Below, piece after piece: positions 19,024 to 28,850 of a stretch of 64,000 nucleotides of DNA. Made by a program: the position numbers and the translations under genes. Below the pieces are notes generated by a model. That model was not told where the DNA came from. It worked only from the letters and a program-made list of their open reading frames with translations, and ran no database searches. Within the stretch, counting starts at the first letter, position 1. Each line of letters opens with the position of its first letter. The stretch covers positions 11,578-75,577 of the forward strand of contig VFHP01000023.1 of NCBI GenBank assembly GCA_009391535.1. The letters are read 5' to 3'. This DNA comes from SAR202 cluster bacterium (GTDB lineage: Bacteria > Chloroflexota > Dehalococcoidia > Lucifugimonadales > UBA2985).

Positions 19024-21195
19024 GTGATACCTATCAGCCTACAAGTGAAAAACTTTCTGTCTTATCGCGATAATGTGCCGAGATTGAATTTAGATGGTAT
19101 CCATGTAGCGTGTTTATCAGGGGACAATGGACATGGCAAATCTGCCATATTGGATGCGATTACGTGGGCCCTTTGGGGTTCAGCTAGATCTCGATCCCAA
19201 GAGGAATTAATATTTCAAGGCGAGACTGAAATGGGCGTAGATTTGGAATTCAGAGTAGATTCTGAAAGATTCAGGGTGTCCAGGAGGTATGCAAAGGCTA
19301 AAGGTGGGAGACAAGGATCCACAATGCTGGATTTGTTCCAACTAATGTCTGACGGAACTTATCTTCCTATAGTAGGCAATTCAATTAGGGAAACTGAAGC
19401 CAAAATACGAAACCTTCTGCATATGGATTATGAAACTTTCACTAGCAGTGCATTCTTGTTGCAGGGCAAATCAGACTTATTCACTACCAGTACACCTGCT
19501 AAGAGGAAGGAATTACTCGCGGAAGTTTTGGGGCTTGAGTGGTACGACAAATTGTCAGAAAAAGCAAGGTTATTAACGAGACAAAAAGATTCTGAAGCAA
19601 GTTCTACTCGTTTTGAAATAGAAAATATTGATTCGGATCTTTCTAATCAACAGGATTTTGAATCTAGACTGCAAGCTGCTAAAAGTGAGATGGGAATATT
19701 GGATGGGAAAATATCTGATTTAGAGAACAAGATCGAAGTCTATTTTACTGAATTACAGAAACAGAATCGCATACGTATTGAATTAGATAGATTGGAAAAC
19801 GAACAAAAACGCATTTTGGACGAAATAAATAGCAGAGAAGCTAATGTCGAAAGTCAGAGTAAAACTGTGGATGATCTGAAACAAAAGAGTAATGCTATTG
19901 GTGTATTAGAAACGCAACTTAAATTGGCAGAAAGTGATTTGGAAAAGATAACTTTGTTACCAGATGAGATAAGTCAAGAAAAGGAAAATATTAACAGACT
20001 TCTTGGCGATATAGTAAGCATAAAGGAAGTAAACATCAATCTGAAAAACGGTATGGAAGATCTTCGAATAAAAGTAGATTTATTGTGGGAGCAAACTAAG
20101 TCAGACGATGGTAATCCGGATTGCCCTCTGTGCGGAGAAGAACTGGGAGCCGAAGGATGTCGGAGACTTGCTGAATCGTACGAGTTGGAAGGCAAACAAA
20201 AAGCATCACAACACAGGGAGAACGACAGAATCGCGAAACAAACTGAGAAACAAATTGCTATCATGCAGCAAAAACTTTCCAATAAGGAAGAGAATTATTT
20301 TTCTGATCGTAAAACAGCAGAGACCAATAGGGATAATTTATTCAAGGAATTAGAATCAGCGAGGGTTAGTAAAGAGATGGTCAAACAGGTACAGCTGTCC
20401 TTGGAAAATGAAAGAACTATGATGGGATATTCCGTTGATAGACTAAAAGAAATTCAGACAGATTTGAATGAACTTGGTTTTGACCTGAATACCTCAAATG
20501 AAATGAACAAATTTTATGAGCAAGCAAAGATTGAACTTGGTACATTGAGAATCCAAAGAGAACAGACCTTGCACAATATAGGATCTATTCAGGGGAACCT
20601 AGATAGACTTAAAGACTTGATGCAGATTAGAACAGACAAGATGAAAGATTTGCAAGAAACTTCCAATGAGAAGGGCCTGTATGAGCAGTTATCTGTAGCA
20701 TTTGGGAAAGGTGGTATACAGGCACTAATAATAGAACAGGCAATACCAGAGTTAGAGAATGAAGCAGATGAAATTCTTGGACGTATAACGGATTATCGTA
20801 TGAGCCTCAAACTTGAAACTCAAAGGGAAAGTAGGTCAGGAGGTGATCCGAGAGAAACATTAGACATAAAAATATCTGATGAACTGGGAACAAGAAGTTA
20901 TGAGACTTATAGTGGAGGAGAAGCGTTCCGCATAAATTTTGCCTTACGGATATCATTGTCTAAATTACTTGCCCATCGCTCAGGAGCCCCACTTCCCACG
21001 CTTTTTATTGACGAAGGTTTTGGTACTCAAGATGCGGACGGTTTGGATAAACTTATAGATGCCATAAAGGCTATACAGGACGATTTCCAGAAAATAATTG
21101 TAATTACCCATATAGACAATTTAAAAGAAGCTTTTGAATCTCGTATAGAGGTTGTAAAAACTTCGGATGGATCTACTTTTTCGGTAAATTATTGA
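19024..21195 (+). CDS. SbcC/Rad50-family SMC-like ATPase (compact, 723 aa)
   Basis: N-terminal Walker A GDNGHGKS, central coiled coils flanking a CPLCG zinc hook, C-terminal YSGGEAFRINFALR signature and LFIDEGFGTQD Walker B. No sbcD next to it. Confidence 0.85.
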   Translation: MIPISLQVKNFLSYRDNVPRLNLDGIHVACLSGDNGHGKSAILDAITWALWGSARSRSQEELIFQGETEMGVDLEFRVDSERFRVSRRYAKAKGGRQGSTMLDLFQLMSDGTYLPIVGNSIRETEAKIRNLLHMDYETFTSSAFLLQGKSDLFTTSTPAKRKELLAEVLGLEWYDKLSEKARLLTRQKDSEASSTRFEIENIDSDLSNQQDFESRLQAAKSEMGILDGKISDLENKIEVYFTELQKQNRIRIELDRLENEQKRILDEINSREANVESQSKTVDDLKQKSNAIGVLETQLKLAESDLEKITLLPDEISQEKENINRLLGDIVSIKEVNINLKNGMEDLRIKVDLLWEQTKSDDGNPDCPLCGEELGAEGCRRLAESYELEGKQKASQHRENDRIAKQTEKQIAIMQQKLSNKEENYFSDRKTAETNRDNLFKELESARVSKEMVKQVQLSLENERTMMGYSVDRLKEIQTDLNELGFDLNTSNEMNKFYEQAKIELGTLRIQREQTLHNIGSIQGNLDRLKDLMQIRTDKMKDLQETSNEKGLYEQLSVAFGKGGIQALIIEQAIPELENEADEILGRITDYRMSLKLETQRESRSGGDPRETLDIKISDELGTRSYETYSGGEAFRINFALRISLSKLLAHRSGAPLPTLFIDEGFGTQDADGLDKLIDAIKAIQDDFQKIIVITHIDNLKEAFESRIEVVKTSDGSTFSVNY

Positions 21196-22475
21196 TTGAT
21201 TTTGTTTGGATTTGGTCTTTTGGCTACGAAGACTGCAATGGCTCCGATAAACAAGAATCCGGCTGCGGCTTGAAATCCGACACTATAACCATCGAAACTA
21301 TCTACTAGCCACCCCACTAATATTGGTCCAAGTACGGCACCCGGCAGGTCTACGAATTGAAGCAGCCCACTTATTGTGCCAAAATTTTTGCGGCCATAAA
21401 AATGGGCTACGATAGCTTGCCGCAGTGAAGCTGAACCTCCATAAGAAGGTCCCAGTAGTGCCATATACAGGGGAACCCATGAGAGTGAGGTTACTAGAGA
21501 CATTATTAGGATGCTGATAGCCTGTACCAATAATGTTGCACTAAGTAGTATTCTTATATTTAGAATATCTCCTATCCATCCAAATATTATCCTTCCAGGT
21601 ACCGATAACAACAAAGTTAATGAAGCTATTGAGGCGGCTTGTACTGGGTTAGTTCCCAAATCTTCAATCAGAAAAGGTATGTGATATACGGCCACGACCG
21701 TAACTGTCACCGACCAGGCAGCAAATGCTATAGCCAGTAACCAAAATGACATTGATTGCAGGGCTTGTTTGGGAGTTAGTTCGAGTTCGAGCGGTTCATC
21801 CGCAGAGTTTGTACTCAAGGATTCTTCTACTGGAATACCGTCCGGGTGTAAACTCAAATCTTCAGGTTTATGGTATACAAGAGATACTAAAGGTATCGCG
21901 ACAAAAAAATAGCACAACGCTGCTACAATAGCGCTTGTTCTCCATCCAAAATTTTCGGTGATCCAGGCTACAAAGAATACTCCACTCCCGCCTAACCCAA
22001 TACCGGCCAATAATATGCCTAATGCTCGAGCCCTTTTTCTCAAGAACCAATTTGCAACTGCAACACTTATTGGGCGCCCCCCACCAAAACTCGAGCCTGT
22101 TGCTATTAACATAAACACTACATAGAGCATCCATAACTTAGTGATAATACTCAGCAACAAGAAGCATATTCCAACTGTGGATAAACCAATGTAAAGTAGT
22201 TTTCTTGGGCCGTACTTGTCAATGAGCCAACCTGCTATGGGAGCTATCAGACCGCCTTCCAACCTCGCCAGTCCAATGACACCGCCCAACGCGGCTCTGG
22301 TAGTGCCAAGTTCGTTCAATAAAGGGATATAAAATACACCGAATCCATAAACATAAAAACTGCCATTTATTATGGCCAATACAACACCTACGGATACTAT
22401 CCACCAACCATAAAACACGTTCCTCGGGTGCAGGGACATTGTGGAAGCAAATCCCATGGTAGTCTCCGTTAACAC
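21189..22475 (-). CDS. MFS transporter (oxalate/formate antiporter-like)
   Basis: About 12 predicted TM segments, GWLIDKYGPRK loop motif. The 3' end overlaps the SbcC-like gene convergently by 7 nt. Confidence 0.75.
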   Translation of the reverse strand: MLTETTMGFASTMSLHPRNVFYGWWIVSVGVVLAIINGSFYVYGFGVFYIPLLNELGTTRAALGGVIGLARLEGGLIAPIAGWLIDKYGPRKLLYIGLSTVGICFLLLSIITKLWMLYVVFMLIATGSSFGGGRPISVAVANWFLRKRARALGILLAGIGLGGSGVFFVAWITENFGWRTSAIVAALCYFFVAIPLVSLVYHKPEDLSLHPDGIPVEESLSTNSADEPLELELTPKQALQSMSFWLLAIAFAAWSVTVTVVAVYHIPFLIEDLGTNPVQAASIASLTLLLSVPGRIIFGWIGDILNIRILLSATLLVQAISILIMSLVTSLSWVPLYMALLGPSYGGSASLRQAIVAHFYGRKNFGTISGLLQFVDLPGAVLGPILVGWLVDSFDGYSVGFQAAAGFLFIGAIAVFVAKRPNPNKINQ

Positions 22476-22552
22476 TTTAGGATTCCAAGTTTACTGGTTA
22501 TTCTATCAGAAAATAATAACAGTGTTCGAACGGTAACGAATTCACCAAAAAG

Positions 22553-22582
22553 TTGACACTCAAATATACATATTGCTATATT
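22553..22582 (+). promoter_or_regulatory. candidate sigma70 promoter of apt
   Basis: TTGACA (22553-22558), 18-nt spacer, TATATT (22577-22582). Confidence 0.45.
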
Positions 22583-22628
22583 CCAATGCGATGTCCTTTT
22601 TGTCACACTTTCTTTATGGAGTTAGGTT

Positions 22629-23144
22629 TTGATAAATTATCTAGATTTTATTAGAGAAATACCTGATTTCCCTAAGCAGGGAATCCTGTTCAAAGACATA
22701 ACGCCTCTTTTGAAGAACAATTTTGCTTTCCAGTCTGCAGTTAGAGATATGTCTGAGCCGTTCATGGAAAAATCTATAGATAGTGTGGTAGCCATAGAGG
22801 CCAGAGGCTATATATTTGGTGCACCTATTGCTTATCAATTAGGGTGTGGATTCATTCCTATCAGGAAAAAAGGTAAATTGCCAGGAGAAACTTCACAGAT
22901 AGAATATTCATTGGAATATGGCACCGAGACTTTGGAGATTCATTCTGACAGTGTGGATTTAGGTCGAAGAATTTTAATAGTTGACGATATACTTGCTACC
23001 GGAGGTACATTGCAGGCTGCGATTGCATTAGTAAAAAGATCGGGTGGGGAGATAGCAGGTATTTCAGTCTTTGCTGACTTAGTTGGATTGAAAGGCGCAA
23101 AAAACTTTTCAGAGTATGATTTCAGGGTCCTTTTAAATCTTTGA
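22629..23144 (+). CDS. apt: adenine phosphoribosyltransferase
   Basis: IPDFPKQGILFKDITPLL and ILIVDDILATGGT (PRPP loop). TTG start after GGAG. Confidence 0.95.
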   Translation: MINYLDFIREIPDFPKQGILFKDITPLLKNNFAFQSAVRDMSEPFMEKSIDSVVAIEARGYIFGAPIAYQLGCGFIPIRKKGKLPGETSQIEYSLEYGTETLEIHSDSVDLGRRILIVDDILATGGTLQAAIALVKRSGGEIAGISVFADLVGLKGAKNFSEYDFRVLLNL

Positions 23145-23224
23145 TTATTGTGCTTTATTGTAGTAGTGTTGTCTCACACTAATTTCATTTGATACATACT
23201 AGGGCGTCAGTTTCCGAGGTGTTT

Positions 23225-23962
23225 ATGCTGGATGATATTCAAGGGATAACGTTTGATCTTTGGCAAACTTTGATAATGGACAACAGGGAACTCGGAAGAT
23301 CTAGAGCGCAACGTCGTATAGAAGAAACAATTAACTCTCTTGATGCTGTAGGATACGATTTTTCTTACGAACATGTTCAGGAGGCGTACAGGTCATGTTA
23401 CCGAGTATGTCGAGAAGCTCACAAAGCAGAGAAAGATTACAGTTTTGATCATCAGGTTGCAATATTTATTGATAGTATTGCTGAAAACCTCTCCCATGAC
23501 TTGAATAAGACCACCATAGAAGAAATAAACTATTGGTATGGAGAGGCTTTTTTCGCATTTCCTCCTGCTTTGGATCCGGAATCAGAGAATATATTAAAGA
23601 GTTTAACTGGAAAAGGTTATAAGATAGGTTTAATCTCTAATACTGGTATGACACCAGGACGTTTGTTTCGTAGATACTTGAAAAACCATAACATACTCGA
23701 TTTTTTTCAAGTACTCACATTTTCTGATGAAGTGTTGTTATGTAAGCCTTCAACCGAAATTTTTCATATGACTCTGAAAGAATTATCCTGCTCAGCCCAC
23801 GCATCAATACATGTGGGTGATCATATCTTAAATGACGTATATGGTGCTAATAAAGCGGGACTGAAAACTGTTTTACTAGGAGATGCAGAAGGGCAAGAGA
23901 AAATAAAGGAGCCAGATTTTCATATTAATAGGCTGAGTGATTTAGATAAACTCCTCCTTTAA
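23225..23962 (+). CDS. HAD-superfamily hydrolase, subfamily IA-like, atypical motif I
   Basis: Motif I is FDLWQTL (Trp at Asp+2). Also LISNTG, K, and GDHILNDVYGANKAG motifs. Start re-called to ATG 23225 after GAGGTG. Confidence 0.7.
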   Translation: MLDDIQGITFDLWQTLIMDNRELGRSRAQRRIEETINSLDAVGYDFSYEHVQEAYRSCYRVCREAHKAEKDYSFDHQVAIFIDSIAENLSHDLNKTTIEEINYWYGEAFFAFPPALDPESENILKSLTGKGYKIGLISNTGMTPGRLFRRYLKNHNILDFFQVLTFSDEVLLCKPSTEIFHMTLKELSCSAHASIHVGDHILNDVYGANKAGLKTVLLGDAEGQEKIKEPDFHINRLSDLDKLLL

Positions 23963-23994
23963 CTATATGGAAAGAAAGAATGTAGGAATTTGCT

Positions 23995-25053
23995 TTGAGT
24001 GAATTATCTGAAAACGCAATAAATCCGATAAAATGGATCGACAATCATGGCCATTTACAATTATTGGATCAATCTAAATTACCTCAAGAAGAAAAATTTC
24101 TCTATTTGAACACTTGGGAGGAAGTTTTTTCTGCTATAAGAGATATGAAAATACGGGGAGCCCCAGCTATTGGAGTGGCAGCTGGATACGCGTTAGCATT
24201 GGCTTGTTTTCAACTTAAGCAAGTTAAAGAAGAATTTGATTTGAACAGAATAGCAGACATCGGGTTTTCGTTAATACAGGCAAGACCGACTGCCGTTAAT
24301 TTGAAATGGGCTGTAGAACGTATGATTGCTAAGTCACGCATGTTGATTCCACGAAAAGATTTGGCAGCAAAACTATTGGAGGAAGCCAAGTCTATTCATT
24401 TAGAGTCATATGAATCTGATGTAAAACTAAGTGAATTTGGAGCAGATGTAATTCCGCGCGGTAGTTCTGTTCTAACTCACTGTAATACAGGCCCACTCGC
24501 GACAGGTGGATTTGGTACTGCATTGGGTGTTATTAGGAAAGCGTGGGCACAAGGGAAAATTAAGGGAGTGATATCAACTGAAACACGACCTTGGTTCCAG
24601 GGATCCAGATTGACTATGTGGGAGTTGAATAAATTTGGTATACCTTCAACATTGATAGTTGATTCTATGGCAGGATATCTCATGAGCAGAGGGGAAATAC
24701 AATGCGTTATTGTAGGGGCAGATAGAATAGCTTCTAATGGCGATGTAGCTAACAAAATAGGAACATTCAGTTTAGCTGTCCTGGCCAAAGAACACGGCTT
24801 ACCTTTTTACGTGGCTGCTCCAATCACTACCATTGATTTGGATAAAAACAACGGAGACGAAATTCCAATAGAAGAAAGACTTGCCGAAGAAGTGATTATC
24901 GTGAAAGGTATAAGTATTGGGGTTCAAGAATCTAAAGTGTTGAATATGGCTTTTGATATAACTCCATCCAAATACATAACATCTATAATAACTGACAATG
25001 GTGTTGCTTCGGCCCCTTACAATAAATCAATTAAGGAGTTGATCATTGGTTGA
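23995..25053 (+). CDS. mtnA: S-methyl-5-thioribose-1-phosphate isomerase
   Basis: RGAPAIGVAAGY, ARPTAVNL, THCNTGPLAT, ETRPWFQGSRLT, GADRIASNGDVANKIGT motifs. Confidence 0.9.
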   Translation: MSELSENAINPIKWIDNHGHLQLLDQSKLPQEEKFLYLNTWEEVFSAIRDMKIRGAPAIGVAAGYALALACFQLKQVKEEFDLNRIADIGFSLIQARPTAVNLKWAVERMIAKSRMLIPRKDLAAKLLEEAKSIHLESYESDVKLSEFGADVIPRGSSVLTHCNTGPLATGGFGTALGVIRKAWAQGKIKGVISTETRPWFQGSRLTMWELNKFGIPSTLIVDSMAGYLMSRGEIQCVIVGADRIASNGDVANKIGTFSLAVLAKEHGLPFYVAAPITTIDLDKNNGDEIPIEERLAEEVIIVKGISIGVQESKVLNMAFDITPSKYITSIITDNGVASAPYNKSIKELIIG

Positions 25054-25909
25054 CGCTAGTGTAGGTGTTATAGGGGGGACCGGTTTATATAATCTTGAAG
25101 GACTGGAAGACGTTAAGGAAGTTAACATAGATACTCCTTTTGGATCAACAAGTTCCAGTATCGTTGTCGGAAATCTTGAAGGCGTTTCAGTAGCATTCGT
25201 TCCAAGACATGGTTCAGGGCATACAATTTCTCCAACAAATATACCCGTAAGAGCAAATATTTTTGCTTTAAAAAAACTAGGCGTCAGTAAAGTAATAGCA
25301 GTAAGTGCTGTGGGTAGTTTACGAGAGAACATAGCGCCTCTTGATTTGGTCATACCGGATCAGATTATTGATAGGACCAAGACAAGGGCAAGTACATTTT
25401 TTGACGGAAGCATTGTGGCTCACGTGGGATTTGCCAACCCATTTTGTGGGACAGTCAGCCACAATCTTTATAAAAGTGCATCTAAGTTAGGAGCCAAGGT
25501 TCACAATGGAGCAACATACGTTGTTATCGAAGGCCCACAGTTTTCTTCCTTGGCTGAATCAAATCTTTACAGATCTTGGGGTGCAGATGTAATAGGTATG
25601 ACCGCTTTGCCGGAAGCCAAGTTGGCTAGAGAGGCAGAGTTATGTTACGCGATATTGGCTTGCTCTACTGACTATGACTGTTGGAGGTACAGCGAAGAAT
25701 CTGTCACTGTGGATATGGTTGTAGCTAATTTAAATAAGAATATTAAGATATCCAAGAAAATATTAGAGGATGTGATCCCAAATCTATCACAAAGCGTTGA
25801 TTGTGAGTGTAATTATGCGATGGAAAACGCTATAATTAGCTCTAGAGATTTTGTGGACGCAAAAGACGTAGACAAACTCGGGCTACTTGTTCAAAAGTAT
25901 ATGAGTTAG
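25046..25909 (+). CDS. mtnP: S-methyl-5'-thioadenosine phosphorylase
   Basis: VGVIGGTGLY, FVPRHG, GPQFSS, IGMT motifs. TTG start 7 nt after AAGGAG, overlapping the mtnA stop by 8 nt. Confidence 0.9.
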   Translation: MVDASVGVIGGTGLYNLEGLEDVKEVNIDTPFGSTSSSIVVGNLEGVSVAFVPRHGSGHTISPTNIPVRANIFALKKLGVSKVIAVSAVGSLRENIAPLDLVIPDQIIDRTKTRASTFFDGSIVAHVGFANPFCGTVSHNLYKSASKLGAKVHNGATYVVIEGPQFSSLAESNLYRSWGADVIGMTALPEAKLAREAELCYAILACSTDYDCWRYSEESVTVDMVVANLNKNIKISKKILEDVIPNLSQSVDCECNYAMENAIISSRDFVDAKDVDKLGLLVQKYMS

Positions 25910-25941
25910 TTTAAAAAAATATTGTAATATGGAGAATATTT

Positions 25942-26286
25942 ATGGCAAGAAAAAACCCTGGTGAACCATACTGGAGAGTCAGCCTCGAAGAAGCTAACAA
26001 TATGATCGGCCAAGGAGAGGCAGTTGTAATAGATGTCAGAGATTCCAATGAATGGGCTGCTGGACACGTTGCAGGAGCCATCCATATACCTGTAGATGAC
26101 ATTTTGTCCAGAGTCGATGAACTGCCATCCGACAAAGATTTGTTATTTATATGCGCAATGGGCGTTCGGAGTGGCTTAGCTTGTGAGATGGCTGCTGCAA
26201 TGGATATATCAAGCGATCGTTTATACAACATAGAAGATGGGACTAATGCCTGGATAACTAGTAACTATCCTACCGAAAAAGCATAA
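25942..26286 (+). CDS. single-domain rhodanese sulfurtransferase
   Basis: 114 aa, VIDVRDSNEWAAGHVAGAIHIP, active-site loop CAMGVRS. Confidence 0.85.
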   Translation: MARKNPGEPYWRVSLEEANNMIGQGEAVVIDVRDSNEWAAGHVAGAIHIPVDDILSRVDELPSDKDLLFICAMGVRSGLACEMAAAMDISSDRLYNIEDGTNAWITSNYPTEKA

Positions 26287-26296
26287 CAAATGAATA

Positions 26297-27298
26297 ATGA
26301 ATAGGATGAACGGTATTAGTAATTTGTATGATGTGGTGGGTATAGGAAATGCTATGGTGGATGTTCTTTACCAAGCAGACGAGGCATTTCTTATAAAACA
26401 TGGTTTAATAAAAGGGTCCATGAGATTAGTGGATTATGTCCAAGCTGAACAGATTTATTCTGATATGACTTCCACTGAAGAAATGTCGGGTGGATCTGTA
26501 GGTAACACGATGGCAGCTATTGCTTCGTTGGGGGGCAAATGTTCTTACATAGGGAAGATAAGTGATGATCACTCTGGTGAAGTATTTAGATCAGATATGG
26601 CTGCTCTGGGAGTGGACTTTTCTGTTACTTCTGCTAACACCAATTCTTCTACTGCTATTTGTCTAGTTGTAATAACACCAGATGGACAAAGGACTATGGC
26701 CACATATTTGGGTGCTTGTTTAGATTTAACCACAGAAGATATCAATAGTGACGTAATTGTTAACCACAAAATCACTTATCTAGAAGGATATTTATGGGAT
26801 ACTGACAACGCTAAAGAGGCCATGATAAAAGCTGCTAAAGTTGCTAGAACTGCGGGTTGCCAGGTGGCTTTAAGCCTATCGGACTCTTTTTGTGTTGAAA
26901 GACACAGAGATTCGTTCCGTGATTTGATATCCGAATATGTTGATATACTTTTCGGTAATGAGGAAGAAATGACCGCTCTTTACCAAGAAGACTCTGTTGA
27001 CAAGGCCATAGATAAAGGACGTAATGATGCTAGTGTACTGGTTACCACACTTGGCAATAAAGGATCCGTAATAAATGCATCCGGAACGATTTTAAATATT
27101 GAACCTTGCAGAACAGAAGACGTAGTTGATACCACAGGTGCAGGGGATTTATATGCAGCGGGATTTCTTTATGGAATGACGAACGGTTATGATATGAGAT
27201 CCAGTGGCATGTTGGGATCAATGGCAGCAGGCGAAATAATAAAACAAGTTGGAGCAAGACCTAAGAGTGTTTTGTCTAAATTGACTCAGAATATATAA
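26297..27298 (+). CDS. PfkB-family kinase, adenosine kinase-like
   Basis: VVGIGNAMVD, C-terminal DTTGAGDLYAAGFLYG PfkB signature. Sits between rhodanese and ahcY. Confidence 0.75.
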   Translation: MNRMNGISNLYDVVGIGNAMVDVLYQADEAFLIKHGLIKGSMRLVDYVQAEQIYSDMTSTEEMSGGSVGNTMAAIASLGGKCSYIGKISDDHSGEVFRSDMAALGVDFSVTSANTNSSTAICLVVITPDGQRTMATYLGACLDLTTEDINSDVIVNHKITYLEGYLWDTDNAKEAMIKAAKVARTAGCQVALSLSDSFCVERHRDSFRDLISEYVDILFGNEEEMTALYQEDSVDKAIDKGRNDASVLVTTLGNKGSVINASGTILNIEPCRTEDVVDTTGAGDLYAAGFLYGMTNGYDMRSSGMLGSMAAGEIIKQVGARPKSVLSKLTQNI

Positions 27299-27480
27299 CA
27301 ATTGTTTTGCCACAATACAACTGGACAGATATATACAAATCGGCTATCATGCACAGGTTTTTGATTTGCGGTCACAATTCGAGTCGTTCGGTTCAACTAT
27401 CTTGTAAAAATAATCTCAAAGTATTTTCTCAAATGGGATGTAGCGGAACGTAATATTATGCTAGGGAGGTTTGGCTCATA

Positions 27481-28749
27481 ATGTCAAACGGTTTAAGTGG
27501 TGATGTAAAAGATATAGGCCTTTCTGATCAGGGCGTCTCTCGTATACAATGGGCTGCTCGAGAGATGCGGGTTTTGAAACTTATACGAGATAGATTTGTT
27601 AACGAGAAACCTCTAGAAGGTGTGGACATAGCAGCTTGTTTGCATGTGACTACTGAGACAGCTAATTTAGCGATAACTCTCAAGGATGGAGGGGCTAATG
27701 TAGTTTTATGTGCCAGTAATCCTCTAAGCACCCAAGATGATGTGGCCGCGGCTTTAGTGAATGAATATGGTATTGCTACATACGCTATAAACGGAGAAGA
27801 CAACGAGACATACTACAAGCATATTCATTCGGCGTTGGATAATAAACCACATTTCACCATGGATGATGGAGCAGATTTAGTTAGTGTTTTGCACAAAGAA
27901 AGAACTGATTTATTAGGCAAAGTAATAGGGGGCACAGAAGAAACGACTACTGGGGTAATAAGATTGAGAAGCATGGCCCAAGAAAATAAGCTTATGTATC
28001 CCATAATAGCGATAAACGACGCCGATACCAAGCATCTTTTCGATAATAGATATGGTACTGGTCAGAGCACGTTGGATGGTATTACAAGGGCAACGAATGT
28101 TCTATGGTCTGGAAAGAGTGTAGTAGTGTGTGGTTACGGATGGTGTGGTAGAGGAATTGCACTGAGGGCTAAAGGAATGGGCTCTCACGTCATAGTAACA
28201 GAAGTTGACAGTGTTCGGGCATTGGAAGCGGTGATGGACGGATATCAAGTTATGCCAGTTGGAGAGGCTTCAAATGTGGGAGATATATTCATCACTGCAA
28301 CTGGCGATGTTAACGTAATAGATAAAGAAACTTTAGACAACGCTAAGGATGGATCCATCTTTGCTAATAGTGGGCATTTTAACTCAGAAATAAACATACC
28401 CTACCTTGAGTCTATTTCGTCTGGAAAGAGATTAATAAGATCTTCCGTTGAGGAATATAGTATAAAAGATGGTCGCAAACTGTATTTATTAGGTGAAGGT
28501 AGACTCATAAATTTAGCGGCAGCAGAAGGCCACCCATCTTCGGTCATGGATATGAGCTTTGCAAACCAAGCTCTCTGCATAGAATATCTAGTTGGTAATG
28601 CAAAGGAACTAGGTAAAACAGTTCATTCAGTTCCCAATGATATAGATGAAACAGTGGCACGAATTAAACTGCATTCACTGGGTATTGGTATAGATAGTCT
28701 TACTGAGGAGCAAGAGTTATATCTGAGAAGTTGGGAAGAAGGTACCTAG
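27481..28749 (+). CDS. ahcY: adenosylhomocysteinase
   Basis: [24 protein letters not shown] (NAD site), GHFNSEI, EGRLINL motifs. Confidence 0.95.
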   Translation: MSNGLSGDVKDIGLSDQGVSRIQWAAREMRVLKLIRDRFVNEKPLEGVDIAACLHVTTETANLAITLKDGGANVVLCASNPLSTQDDVAAALVNEYGIATYAINGEDNETYYKHIHSALDNKPHFTMDDGADLVSVLHKERTDLLGKVIGGTEETTTGVIRLRSMAQENKLMYPIIAINDADTKHLFDNRYGTGQSTLDGITRATNVLWSGKSVVVCGYGWCGRGIALRAKGMGSHVIVTEVDSVRALEAVMDGYQVMPVGEASNVGDIFITATGDVNVIDKETLDNAKDGSIFANSGHFNSEINIPYLESISSGKRLIRSSVEEYSIKDGRKLYLLGEGRLINLAAAEGHPSSVMDMSFANQALCIEYLVGNAKELGKTVHSVPNDIDETVARIKLHSLGIGIDSLTEEQELYLRSWEEGT

Positions 28750-28850
28750 TTCCGATTCAGGACTGAATATGTTTAAATAATAACGACGTGTTGCAAATCA
28801 GCTCTCAGTTGTTTCGATCTAATTTATGGAATAGACAAAAGGAATTAAAA

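Noticed and set aside
22176-22184. TGTGGATAA, a perfect DnaA-box complement.
   Set aside because: It is a single copy inside the MFS coding sequence. There is no cluster, no AT-rich unwinding element and no dnaA/dnaN context, so it is a chance occurrence.
27299-27480. A possible SAH riboswitch in the 182-nt region upstream of ahcY.
   Set aside because: I could not find the GC-rich conserved SAH-element cores or a convincing pseudoknot-capable fold, and the region is AT-rich with little structure. It would still be worth running cmsearch (RF01057) to exclude it formally.
28750-28850. A possible SAM riboswitch (SAM-I/II/V) upstream of metK.
   Set aside because: No recognisable SAM-I four-way junction motifs or AAAGCU-type SAM-II/V triple-helix core were found. 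The only structure is a weak 5-bp hairpin (ATTCA/TGAAT) just after the ahcY stop.
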